Assembly: GCF_009914755.1 (NCBI RefSeq)
Contig: NC_060947.1
DNA: 64,000 nucleotides
DNA from: the human T2T-CHM13v2.0 reference genome, Homo sapiens
Direction: 5' to 3' (one strand)
Both the position numbers and the translations under genes were made by a program. The notes under the pieces were generated by a model. That model had not been told where the DNA came from and searched no databases. It saw only the letters and a list, made by a program, of their open reading frames with translations. Positions 14,450 to 28,638 of this stretch are shown here, one piece after another (positions within the stretch are counted from its first letter, which is position 1; each line of letters opens with the position of its first letter).

Positions 14450-15708
14450 AAGCTTCTCTGTTTTTATCAGATACAAGAATAGCTACTCCTGCTCATTTTT
14501 GATTTCCATTTTTATTTTTCCACCCCTTTACCTTGAGTTTATATGAATCCTTATGTGTTAGGTGAGTCTTTTGAAGACAATAGATATTTGGCTTGTGATG
14601 CTTTATTCATTTTGCCAATCTGTGTTTTTTAAATGGAGCACTTAGGCCATTTACATTCAGTGTTAATATTTCGATGTGAAGCATTGTTCCAGTCCTCAAT
14701 TTAAGTTTTACCTAGATACTTTGTTTTCTCTTTTGTGTTATTGTTTTATAAGCCTTGTGAGTTCTATGCTTTCAAGAGGTTCCATTCCAGTGCATATTGA
14801 CCTTTTGTTTCAATATTTATAACTCCTTTTAGAATTTCTTGTATGGCTGGTCTGGTAGCGACAAATTTCCTCAGCATTTGTTTGTCTGAAAATGACTTTT
14901 TATCTCCTTCATTTATGAAACTTAGTTTTGCTGGATAAAAAATTTTTGGCTGAAAGTTATTCTGTTTAAGGAGGATAAAGATGGGACCCTAGTCCCTTCT
15001 GGCTTGTAAGGATTTTTCTGAGAAGTCTGCTGAAGTCTGATAGGTTTTTCTTCATAGGTTACCTGATGCTTTTGTCTCATTGCTCTTAGAATTATTTCCT
15101 TTATAATAAATAGTTTTATGACTACATGCCTTGGTTATATGCTTTTTGCAATGAATCTCCAAAAAGTTCTTTGTGCTTCTTGTATTTGGATATCCAAGCC
15201 TCTAACAAGGCTGGGGAATTTTTTCTCAATTATTTCCTCAAATAAGTTTACAACCTTTTTGCTTTCTCTTCTCCCTTAGGAACACCAATTATTATTACGT
15301 TTGGCTGTTTTGCATAATCCTATATTGCTTAGAGAATGTGTTCAATTCTTTTGATTCTTTTTTCTTTATTTTTGTCTAATTGGGTTAATTCAAAAGCCTT
15401 GACTTTGAGCTCTGAAATTTTCCTTCAACTTGTTGTAGTCTATTACTAAAACTCTCCACTTCATTTTGTAATTTCCTAAATGTGTTTTTTATTTTCAAAC
15501 ACTCTGTTGTTGTTTTTTTAAAATATTGATCTCTTTAGAAAAAATTTCATTCACATCTTGAATTGTATTTTTAATATCTTTAGCTTGGTTTTAATTTCTT
15601 CTGGTATCTCCTTGAATAGCTTCATAATCAACATTTTTAATTCTTTATCTGATACTTCCAAGATTTCAACTTGATTTGTATCCATTTATGCAAAACTAGT
15701 GTGATCTT
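14450..15708 (-). mobile_element. L1 ORF1 region (L1PB-like)
   Basis: Antisense ORF1 motifs 'cttcatttatgaaacttagttttgctgga' and 'ctgagaagtctgctg', plus ORF2-start motif 'aggtgagtcttttgaagaca'. Confidence 0.8.
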
Positions 15709-16513
15709 TTTCAAATCGTTCACTCGACATGTAGAAATGCTACTAATTTTTGTATGTTAATTTTGTATCCTGCAACTTTACTGAATTTGTTTATTAATTA
15801 TAATAGTTTTTGATAGAGTCTTTAGGTTGTTTCATATATAAGAATTTAAATAACTAATACCAACCCTACTCAAACTGTTCAAAACTATCAAGGAGAAGGA
15901 AATACTTCTGAACTCATTTCTGGGAGTATTACCCTAATTAGTATTACCCTAATATGGAAACCAAATAATGACTTAGCACAAAAGGAAACTATAGACCAAT
16001 ATCTCTGATGAACATAGATGTAAAAATCCTCAACAAAATATTCGCAAACCAAGTTCAAGAACACATTAAAAAGACTGTTCAACTTAATCACATGGGATTC
16101 ATCCCAGGGATGCAAGTATGTCTCAACATATGCAAATCAATAAATATGATACATCACATCAACAGAATAAAGGAATAGACATGTATGATAATTTCAATAG
16201 ATGCCAAAAAAAAACATTTGATAACATTCAACATTCCTACATAATAAAATCTCTCAACAAACTATATAGTAGGATCGTAGTGTAACACAATGAAAACCAT
16301 GTAAGACAAATCCATATATAGTACCATACTGAACAAGGAAAAGATGAAAACTTTAAGATCTGGAATAAGACAAGAATGCCTACTTTCACCACTTTTATTT
16401 GACATAGTAATGGAAGTACTAACCAGAGCAATTATATCAGATAAATAAATAAAAGGCATCAGAATTGGCAAGGAATAAGTCAAATTATCCTTGTTTGCAG
16501 ATGATATAATCAT
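15709..16513. mobile_element. L1 ORF2 RT fragment with internal inversion (minus 15709-15845, plus 15846-16513)
   Basis: Plus part runs from 'aactaataccaaccctactcaaact' to 'tttgcagatgatataatc' (FADD); the minus part continues directly after FADD ('aaacaacctaaagactc...'). Confidence 0.8.
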
Positions 16514-17400
16514 TCATCGTATTCTTTAGCTCCAGAATTTCTATTTGATTCCTTTTAACAATTTCTCTGTGTTTAATTTCTATTTTTGCTCATGTATTAT
16601 TTTTCTTATTTTGTGTGGTTGTATATGTGTATTCACTGTTTGCTTACTGAACTTCCTTAACACAATTATTTGGAGTTCTATGTCAGGCAATTTATAGATT
16701 TCCATTTCCTATGATCAGTTATTTGAAAATTATTGTGTTCCTTTGGTGTCATGTTTCCTTGCTTTTTTTGCTTGTTTGTTTCTTGTAACGTTTCACTGAT
16801 GTCTGCACATCTGATTGAGCCGTCACCTTTTCCAGATTTTTAAAACTGGTGTCAGTGGAGTAAGATCTTCACCTATGGGTGGCTGCAAAGGCGATGGCTT
16901 AGTGAAAGGCTGTACTTTTACCTCTGGAGAGCGCACAATGGAATAGTCTACATGCAACTCTGTCAGTTAAGGTCAGCATCAGTGAAGATTGTGGGGGTCC
17001 TCTGCAGTCTTCTACATTCTCCTTCTTGTTGACATCACTCTAACTTCCCCATTGGAATTATTTTAAAAATTATGCATTTTTAAATTAATGTTTTTCTTGT
17101 GAAATTTTGGTCATGTGCACCTAAAAGGTTGATACATACTGCCAAATGAATGTTTAAATCTATTGCATCATTTCATATTCCAGTCCACTTTACAACAGAG
17201 GAGTTCCTGATTCCCTAGACCATCATCAATACTGTAAATTATAAGAACTTATATTTGCCACTCTGGTAGCTAAAACATCATTTCTAACTTTAATATTTAA
17301 TTTAGTATTGAGATTATTTTAATCATATGGTAGTAGTAACATTTTCACATTTTTATATACCCTTTTTTGAAATTTTCTTTTCAAACATCTTAGATGTCGA
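16514..17400 (-). mobile_element. Old L1M fragments (ORF1/5' region, then an ORF2 3' piece)
   Basis: 'ctccagaatttctatttgattcc' and 'tttcatattccagtccac...gagttcctgattccctagaccatcatcaatact' are antisense L1M motifs. Confidence 0.55.
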
Positions 17401-17979
17401 TCATATATTAACTTTCCATTTCATCACCATTGCAAACCCTTAAAATAATAACATTTCTTATATCATTCAAATCACTGTCATTTTTTAGTAACAATTGAGA
17501 GTTGTGATTCCCTTCTTTATGTTCATTATTTATTCAGCATCCACTACCCACTTTGTTATAATCACTCTGCAGTGGAGGAATTAATCCCTACCCAACACAT
17601 TTTCCAATGTTTAGTCGAATAACGCCAAAAGGGAGCAAGAGAATATAAAGACATTTTAATGGTGCAATGAAGCTTTCTAAGTGGAGCAGTGTGGCTCTCA
17701 TAGAGGTCAGAAAATACCTTGAGAGAGCCAGAAGAGATAACTATCTTTGGCTATAATTGTGGTTACAAGATGGGGCCGGGGTGAATTAGCCAGGTTTGAG
17801 AGGTTTGAACTGGTTATCAAATGAGTTAGCAACCAGGCTTTCTTATTTTCTTGTTGAATTCCTGGACAAAAGCAGAGAGAGGGGTAGAGCTTAAAACTCA
17901 TTAGCAAACAGCAAAAATGAAGTCAGACTCTTTATTATACTTCCTCCTAACATATTATGATATATGTTTATATATCCAG

Positions 17980-18532
17980 CTCTTCATGAATTGTAGCTCC
18001 TGTCTCTCAGAGGAAGCTGACCTAATTCCCAGCTCCAGCAGTTGGTGTGATCAATCTAAAACAACACCATTTCTTGGTCAATGATGAGTTTATAATATAT
18101 GCCAGTAAACATATAGAATACTCCTGGCCATGAGGTATCTTTACGTGACTAAACTTTAACCTATAAGATACAAGAAAATATTTATTTTGGGGGAAGGGGA
18201 CTAATGAAGAGGGAGGTTTCCAGAGAAGGATTTGGAATATTTTCTCCCTCTTAAGAGAAAACAAGTATAAATGATAAGTTCATTTGCTTTGGACATTGCC
18301 ATGTGCATATGTGAACTATGAAAGTAATATAGCCATTCCACTTTCAGCTTGGAACTCTGGAGAATAAAAAGAAGCAAAGTTGGAATCTTGCTGGCACCAT
18401 ATCTTGTTACACTTCCACATCACCACATTTTAAGTCATTTGAGCCAAGTAATTGCCTGTCTTTATTTATACTAATTTTTATTTGGTTTTCCGTTAATTTA
18501 CCTCAAAACAAACAAAACCCCACTCTGATACA
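17980..18532 (+). mobile_element. Old MaLR LTR (MLT1J/K-like)
   Basis: 3' motif 'tttggttttccgttaatttacctcaaaac...ctctgataca' and 'ggacattgccatgtgcatatgtga'. Confidence 0.4.
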
Positions 18533-18581
18533 CATACTTTTGTCTTCTGAGAGGAAGAAGTACCAGGAAAAATCCTGTTGA

Positions 18582-18906
18582 GGCCGGGCGCAGTGGCTTA
18601 CGCCTGTAATCCCAGCACTTTGGGAGGCCGAGGCGGGCAGATCACAAGGTCAGGAGATCGAGACCAGCCTGGCTAACACGGTGAAACCCCGTCTCTACTT
18701 AAAATACAAAAAATTAGCCAGGCGTGGTGGCATGCGCCTGTAGTCCCAGCTGCTAGGGAGATTAAGGCGGGAGAATTGCTTGAACGCAGGAGTGGAGGTT
18801 TCAGTGAGCCGAGATGGCGCCACTGCACTCCAGCCTGGGTGACAGAGCGAGACTCCGTCTCAAAACAACAACAACAAAAACAAAACAAAACAAAACAAAG
18901 CAAAAC
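18582..18906 (+). mobile_element. Alu (AluSc8/AluY-like) with (CAAAA)n tail
   Basis: Complete dimeric Alu; 13-bp TSD AAAATCCTGTTGA (18569-18581 / 18907-18919). Confidence 0.97.
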
Positions 18907-19311
18907 AAAATCCTGTTGAGTACTGTGCTTTTAGAAGAATGAGATTTTCTCTGAGGCATAGATAGTTAAATCTCACTTTCATTACTGGTTTTCTTTTTTG
19001 GAGGCAGGGCGGTTATTGTACCAAATCCACGATTTGTACTAGATGTCACTTGCCATATATTATTTCTGCCTCCAGTTTATAATCTAATGTCTTTCATGCT
19101 ATGACTTTGGTTTCTCTAATTTTATTTTCACCCAAAGGTTCCCTCTGGACCTCGGGTATTTTTTGGAGTGGGGTGAAGGAGGAGAATGGCAAGTGACTAT
19201 CATCTATGCCATACTTCTTGAACTGCTTATTTTGAATAACATAAATTCTTACGTTGTCATTTTTTATTCATGAGTTACGTCTTAAGAATTGGTCCTTTCC
19301 TGCCAGGTTTA

Positions 19312-19666
<355 letters not shown>

Positions 19667-20724
19667 TCCTGCCAGGTTTAGAGGCCATTTAGAAGTAGGT
19701 TGGGGAAATATGTTAAGTAAATTCAACTTGATAATGGTTTTATGTATGCTCTATTATTTTTTGACATTTGTCTTTGTGTCACGTTTTTTTTCACTCAATA
19801 AACTCATTGACTTCCAATGTCTATAATTATTCCTAGGAGCATTCAATTTTATGTTTTGTACCGTTTTCTTTCTACGTTAATGGAACTTTTGGTCATGACA
19901 GACAATTTATTAGCTTGTTCATTGTGGTTAAAAGTGAATGCCTAAATACTCAGAGAGGCAAAAGGAATATTACAAATTAACTTCAAGAAATAATATTACT
20001 TAGTTATTTTTGTTTTTAAAATTTTGTTTCCACATAACTTTCATAGAAGCAATGTACATTATCTAGGAATTATTTGATTCCTGTTGTCCAAGATCATTCC
20101 GAGATAAACTTTAATTTATCATACTGATTATTTTGTTATACTTAAGAATGTTTGTTTAGTGATGTGTACAAAGGCATTTAAAGTGTGAAACAACAGTAGT
20201 ATATTTAATGGCTATTATATTGTTTGGGTCATAAGAAGATATAAGTATTGAATTCTGTTTTCTAGGTAATATAGATATCACTGTTATATAAAACACATTT
20301 TATAACATTTAAGTCAATATCTGCATATTTGCTTTTAAAATCTTTTTACTTTATTTTTTCATTGTTTTGCTAATAAGCATAGGTTTTAGTGCAAGAAAAT
20401 TGAGTGGCAGTTTATGACAATAACACTATTCATTTTGCTCCCGTCTAGCACTCTTACCACATATCACTCTGTGACACGTAATAAGTTCCTGTTGTGTAAT
20501 TAATTATTAAAGTCACCTTATTGCATTTTTTAGAACTGGCACAAAGATAATGTAAATCACTATAATTCCCATTCCACTAAAGTGTATAATGCTATTCTGT
20601 CTATATAAATAAAGTTTGTACTTAATGTAAAGGAGATGGATTATTGTCTCAATGTGAATGCCATATAATTTTTAAGGTAATCTCAGCAAATAGTTTAGCA
20701 ATGCTACCTCTATACCAATGAACA

Positions 20725-22483
<1,759 letters not shown>

Positions 22484-24016
22484 TTATTGCTAATTGATAA
22501 AAACCTAAACCAAATAAATATGTTGATGTTTCTTGATATTTTCAAGGTTTTAAAATTATTAATACAGTTTCTAGCACTGTTTATTTTCAAAGATCAGGTA
22601 CACACTTATCACAGTTGGAGGTCAGCATCCTTAGAATTAACACTGGAAATCATGCCAGCTATGATACAATTAGAAAGTTAGTTATATACAGGCCTAAGTA
22701 CATCTATAATCAACAAGAATTTTTCCAGCTTCTACAATGTGTTGGTCAGTTCTGGAAAAAATTTAAAGTAGTAACGTGCCTTAATAGTGTTGAACCCTAC
22801 TAAGATAGCCTTTTGTAGTGTGGAGCTTTTAACATATTCCCCAGCATTTAACCATTCTCCAGCAAAGAGGCTATACAGATCACATAAATTAGTGACTTAT
22901 GATGGGTTGAAAGACTGCCAAAATAAAGAGGGTAGACTGTCTAAAGGGAGCAATAGCTACCCAGTAGTCTTTTTATTTGAACGAAGATACAGATCCAGTG
23001 CTGTAATAACTTCTAATTTTTAAGTGAATATGTAAATTTAGACTGTTATGTTAACTTACCTACTTTTTAAATATCAAGTCTACTTTTTCCTTTCTAATTC
23101 AGAAATAAAACTGTGTACAAAGCATCTAGAGTTGTATTTTTAAACAGCTCTATTGAGAAAAAATTTACATACCATAAAATATACTCACTTAAAATATACA
23201 TTCGATGATTTTTAGTGTCTATATAGAGATGTGTAACCATAACAACAGTGTAATTATTGAATTTTGTCATCGTATCACTTCCAAAATAATTTCTGTGCCT
23301 ATTAGCAGTCACTTCCCATTCTCCTTTACATACAGCCCTTGAAAACCACTGACACCATTTAGTGTCTATAAATTTGCCTATTCTGAAAACTTCATGTAAC
23401 CAGAATCATACAATATACGGCCTTTGTTTTGGCCTTTTCCAATTAGCATTACATTTTCCAGGTTCAAACACATTATAGCATGTATCAACACTTCATTATT
23501 TTTGTGGCTGAATAATATTTTAGAGTATAATATACAACGTTTTGTTTATCCATTCGGTAGTTGATGGATATTTGGATTGCTTACATGTTTAATGTTAAAT
23601 ATAATGCTGCTATGAATATTCATGTACAAAATTTTGTGTGTATATATGTTTTCATTTCTTTTGGGTATATACCTAGAAATGTAATTGCTGGGTCATATGG
23701 TTTTTCCAGTTTGAATATTTTGAAGAAATGCTGGACTGTTTTCAAATTAACTACATTTTACAACCCCAGCAGCAGTGTACATGAGTTCAAATTTCTCCAC
23801 ATCCCTACCAACACTTGGTATTATTAGTTCATTTGTTTATATTAATCTTAGAGGATGTGAAGTATCTCACTGTGGTTTGATTTGCATTTCGCTAATGGCT
23901 AATAAGGTTGAGAATCATTTCATATGCTTAATGGTCATATCTTCTTTGGAGAGATGTCAGTTGAAATACTTTTCCCATTTTTTAGTTGTATTATTTGTCA
24001 TTTTACCTTGAGCCTT

Positions 24017-24018
<2 letters not shown>

Positions 24019-24048
<30 letters not shown>
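24019..24048. repeat. (TA)n microsatellite
   Basis: Directly visible. Confidence 0.95.
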
Positions 24049-24052
<4 letters not shown>

Positions 24053-24959
24053 TCATTTTATATATGTATATGTGTCTGATTCATTTTTATGTAATTTTTG
24101 TATACAGTGTGACATAGGAATTCAACTTCTAACTTTTGCTTGTGGATATTCATTTATTCCAGCACCATTTTCTGAAAAGACTATTCTTGCCCTATTGCAT
24201 GGCATTTTTGTAAAGCATAAATTAAGCAAAAACATAAGGATATGCTTCTGGACACTTGAGGCAATCTCATTAAATGTCTATTTTTTTTTTTTGCCAGTTA
24301 CACAGTTTCTTGTTGGTTTATATTGCTTTGTAATGAGTTTTAATTTGAAAGTGTGAGCACTTCAACTTTGTTATTTTTTTTAGGATTGGTTTGGCTCTTC
24401 TGGTTTCCTTGCATTTATAAATGTATTTTAAGACCAGCTTGTTAATTTTGTTTTAAAATTCACCTGGGATATTAACCGGGGTATCACTGAAGCTAAGGAT
24501 CGATTTGAGGATTACTGCTATCTTACCAATGTTAAGTCTTCCATTTCATGATCATGGATGTCTTTTCATTTATTTAGGTCTTCTATAATTTATTTCAACA
24601 ATGATTGTAGCTTTCAGTCTGCAAATCTTGCACTTGTTTTAAGACATTTTTTCTAAGTAATTTTTCTTTATGATGATATTATGAGTTTGCTTTATGGCAT
24701 TTTCACATTGTTTATTGCTAGTGTATAGAAATACACTTGATTTTTGTACATTAATCTTTTATCTTGAAACCTTGATGAACTAGTTCTATTTCTCTTCTTT
24801 TTGGTGTATTGTTTAGGGTTTTCTACATATATGATATTGATTGCAAGTAGAGAAAACTTGACTTCTTCCTTTCTAATTTGAGTGGCTTTTCTTTTTTCCC
24901 ACTTTTTTTTTTTTTTTTTTTTTTTGCCTAATTGTCCTAGATAGAGCTTCCAGTACTAA

Positions 24960-25373
24960 TGAATCGGCTAAATTATGTCCGCCTTCCCACATTCATATGT
25001 TAAAGCCCTAACACCCAAGTACTTCAGAACGTGACTATATTTGGAGGCAGAGTCTACAGAAGTAATTAAGTGAAAATAAGATCACTGTGGTGGACTCTAG
25101 TGTGACTGATGTCCTTATAAATTGAGAAGATTTGAACACAGACACATACAGGGGGAAGACAATGTGAAGTTACAGGGAGAAGATGGTTATCTACAAGCTA
25201 AGACTAGTGGCGTGAAACACATTTTTTCCTCCTTACCCTCAGAAAAATATCAGTCCTGTCAACAACACATTATTTAAGGCATCTAGCTACCAGAATTGTG
25301 AGAAAATAAATTTCTGTTGTTTAAAGCACCTATTCTGTGGTACTTTGTTACAGTTGCCCAAGTAAACTAATAC
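24960..25373 (+). mobile_element. MaLR solo LTR (MLT1B-like)
   Basis: 'gaagacaatgtgaagttacagggagaagatggttatctacaagc', AATAAA and end 'aaactaataca'; interrupts host L1. Confidence 0.85.
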
Positions 25374-25447
25374 AAGTGACAAGAGAATACATCTTTGTCT
25401 TGGGCCTGATCTTACGGAGAAAGCAGTAAATCTTTCATCAGTAAAGT

Positions 25448-25988
25448 TGTGGTGAGTTAGAGGATTTAGGGGCTGATCAAGTAAAAGGCATGACTTTGAG
25501 ATGTCAGTATTGCAGAATGAGCTTTATTGGGCACTGACTGAGCAGAATTGCATGCAAAGGTGTTTCTTATAGTGGGAGACCTTCCAGAGACAGGGCTGAA
25601 GGGTCATCACCGAAAGAGGGAAGAGGGCAAGGGACTAACTAGGGAGAGGAGAAATATAGAGAGGACTTATGTGTCTAGATAATGTTGCTCAGCAGCACAG
25701 TGGGAAGTCTCAGGGTCACAGAGCTTCAAAGGGCAGAAGCCATGCGGGATCTTTTATAGACAACATAGTTTGTTTTATCAATGGCTAGCAGATGTTGGAT
25801 GCAATTTTGCAAGACATGCAAAGCAGGCAGGCTCTGAATGGTTATAAATAGATTTTTGAGAGCTATATTTAAAGCAATTGGAAGTGCAAAATTTTGAGAT
25901 AGATGCCACTGAGCTTTGAGCTAATGTTCTTAGCATGCTATAAAGTAAACAAAAAGACCAATATAAAAAAACTATCTTTTGCCCAACA
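25448..25988 (-). mobile_element. ERV solo LTR, family not assigned
   Basis: TG...CA termini (tgtggtg...gcccaaca), antisense AATAAA ('ctttattg') ~80 bp from the left end; host L1 sequence joins across it; TSD unclear. Confidence 0.65.
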
Positions 25989-26530
25989 AATATGTTATCT
26001 GTGAGTTTTTCTAACTGGTCTTAACATGTTGCTGACGTTTTCTTATGTTCTTATTGAGTGTTTTTATCAGGAAAGTTGGTTGAGTGTTTTTAATACAAAG
26101 CATTGTTGAATTTTGTCTAATTACTTTTTTTGCATCTAGAGAGATGATCATGTTGTCCTTTGTTCTATGATATAAAATTAATTATTTAGTATTAATTGAT
26201 TTTCAGATCTTGAATCAACCTTCCCTTCCTAGAATAAATACAAGTTGGTCATGGTATATAATTCTTTTATATATTGCTGGATTTTGTTTGATAGATTTTT
26301 TTTTAAAGATTTATACACCTATATTTGTAAGATTTGTAAGACATTCTGGTCAGTGTTATTTTCTTTTTCGTTTTCCTTTTTTTTTTTTTTTTTTTACTTG
26401 AAACAAACTTTTATTTTGAATGCTGATCTAATTAGTTCATGGCCAGGGGTAGGTGGTAACTAGAATCAGCTAGAAGGAGGCAAAGGGAGGGGACCAGCAG
26501 TCCGCAAGCAGGAGGAAAGGAGAGGTGTAG

Positions 26531-26706
26531 GTGTGTGTGCGTGTGTGTGTGCGTGTGTGTGTGTGCGTGTGTGCACATGAATGTCACAGGAGTGCCACCC
26601 CCAGAGCCCTGTCAGCCTCTCCTTTCTCCTCCATGGCTGCCCACCTGTTTATCTGTCTCTGTGAGAATCCTTGGGATGGTCAGGGGATGTCAGGAGCTGA
26701 AGGAGC
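26531..26706. repeat. Inverted repeat, left arm: (GT)n plus 117-bp unique arm
   Basis: 26590-26706 is the reverse complement of 27609-27721 (94/113 aligned positions identical by hand, one 4-nt indel). Confidence 0.93.
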
Positions 26707-27608
26707 TGTTGGGGACAGGAGGAGGCATGGCTGAGGAACGACCCAGCCAGCTGGGTGTTTGCCCTGGCTAGAGAAGGAACCACCCCGCCCACCAGGCTAC
26801 CCCACACCTGTGGCTTCAGTGCAGAGAAGTCAGTCCAAGTGGGTTCAGGCCAACATCACCATCTCCGGCCTGCACAACTCCACATCAGGCAGGGGTTCTT
26901 CCAGAGGGCTAAATGCTCTGTGCTGAGCCTGGAAGTATCCTTTTCACTACTCCCTACCTGCCCCACCCACACTCCAATTGGGACTTTCAAACCTTGAGCT
27001 CAGACCTTCACTACTGTGCTCCTGTAGCAGCCACAGGGGTGACGTGGTGGGGAAGGAGGGGTTACAGTCTCAGCCTAACTCAGAAGAACATCTCTCCACC
27101 CCTCTAACAGGAGGTGCTGGAAAATATAATCCTGAGCAGACCCAGACCCCACTCTGGTAATCAGTGCCCAAGGCCCAACGAGAAGCAGGGTTGGGGAGCC
27201 TCCATGCCGGGAAGATCAGCAAAAGCCAGGAGCAACCAGGGCCAGCCCAGGAAAATGCAGGATTGTCTCCGAGAGGAAACCCACCAGCTATCTTTGGGTC
27301 AATGGCGAGGGTCAGGGTCAGGGGCTGGGATGGGGAGAGTCCTACAATCCCATTGCCACTGCCTTTCATACATCTACAGGTTACAACCAGAGAGCTTTCG
27401 GCATGACCTGTTTGGGGGCTTAAAGGGAAAAAGGAGAGAGAGAAAAGGGGAAGCCGCTACTTTCTCTTGGTTAAAATGCCCAAGGCCTAGACTGGGGGTT
27501 GCTTCTCTGGCAGCAGCAGATACCAAATCCCAGAAGCCCCTCCACCCAGTCTGGCTCCATGGAAGGGGCCCTTAAGTGCCCAAAGGAGCAGCATGACAGG
27601 GAGGGTGG

Positions 27609-28008
27609 GCTCCTTCTGCTCCTGATATTCCCTGATGGCCCCAAGGATACTCACAAAAACAAACATCTGGGCAGCCATAGAGGCGAAAGGACAGGCTGAC
27701 AGGGTCCCGGGAGTGGCACTCGTGCACCACACACAGACACACACGTGCGCACGTGCACACACACACATGCACAAACACACACACATACACATAAACACAC
27801 ACACACGCACATACATACACACATATAAACATACACATACACACACATACACATACACACACGCACACACACATACACACATACACATACACACACATAC
27901 ACACATAAACACACGCACACATACACATGCACACATATACACACATAGACACACATGCACACACACATACACACACGCTCACACACAAACACACATACAC
28001 ACACACAT
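27609..28008. repeat. Inverted repeat, right arm: 113-bp unique arm plus ~280 bp degenerate (CA)n tract
   Basis: Reverse complement of the left arm, followed by an imperfect CA/TA/CG dinucleotide tract. Confidence 0.93.
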
Positions 28009-28274
28009 GCTGAATAGAGACAGAGACGCATAATAAGCAGAATAAAAACTAAGGGCCCAGATGTACCAAAAAAATGTAAGTGAGGAAGAAGTTGGGGAGG
28101 AGAGTGCTTTCTTTTTCTTTGTGATGTCATTGTCTGCTTTAGGTAACAGGACATTAATGGATTCATAGGATGAGTTGGAAAATGACCTAAACTCTTATTA
28201 TTTCACACATTTGTGAAGAACTAGCACTAAATTTTCTGTAAATGTTTAGTAGGAATTACCAATAGATGCATCTG

Positions 28275-28638
28275 TGTATTAGTCCATTCTCATGCTGCTA
28301 TGAAGAAATACCCAAGACTGGGTAATTTATAAAGAAAAAAAGTTTAATTGACTCGCAGTCAACTTTTCTGGGGAAGCCTCAGGAAACTTACAGTCATGGT
28401 TGAAGGCACCTGTGCACATGGCAGCAGGGGAGAGAATGAGCACAGAACAATGAGGGGATAAGCCCCTTATAAATCCATCAGATCTCATGAGAACTCACTA
28501 TCAGGAGAGCAGCATGGGGAAGCCACCCCCATGATCTAATCACCTGCCAGGGGGTGCTTCCCCCAACACGTGGGGATTGCAATTTGGATTACAATTCAAG
28601 ATGAGATTTGGGTGGGGACACAGAGCCAGACCATATCG
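28275..28638 (-). mobile_element. THE1C/D solo LTR
   Basis: 'tgtattagtccattctcatgctgctatgaagaaatac...gagccagaccatatcg'; 5-bp TSD ATCTG (28270-28274 / 28639-28643). Confidence 0.93.

Larger units (their letters stand above)
26369..28102 (-). pseudogene. 5'-truncated processed retrocopy of an mRNA 3' end (apparently 3' UTR only); parent gene not identified
   Basis: T20 tract 26376-26395; TTTATT (AATAAA on minus) at 26410-26415, 14 nt from the tail; GC-rich non-repeat body; imperfect TSD AGTGTTATTTCTTTTTC (26352-26368) / AGTGCTTTCTTTTTC (28103-28117); host L1 ORF2 is continuous across it. Confidence 0.85.

Noticed and set aside
22718-22763. Small hairpin aatttttccag...ctggaaaaaatt
   Set aside because: About 11 bp, AT-rich; expected by chance, and the stem is too short for a pre-miRNA.
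27114-27575. 153 aa plus-strand ORF in the retrocopy
   Set aside because: Antisense to the poly-A orientation, non-ATG start and no recognisable domain.
26590-27721. Twin priming as the cause of the retrocopy inverted repeat
   Set aside because: Twin priming inverts a terminal segment next to the TSD; here the sequence is duplicated, internal, and the right arm lies ~380 bp inside the 5' end.
27487-28166. Overlapping ORFs of 132-171 aa (CVCV.../HTHT...)
   Set aside because: Artefacts of stop-free dinucleotide repeat read in several frames; no coding signal.
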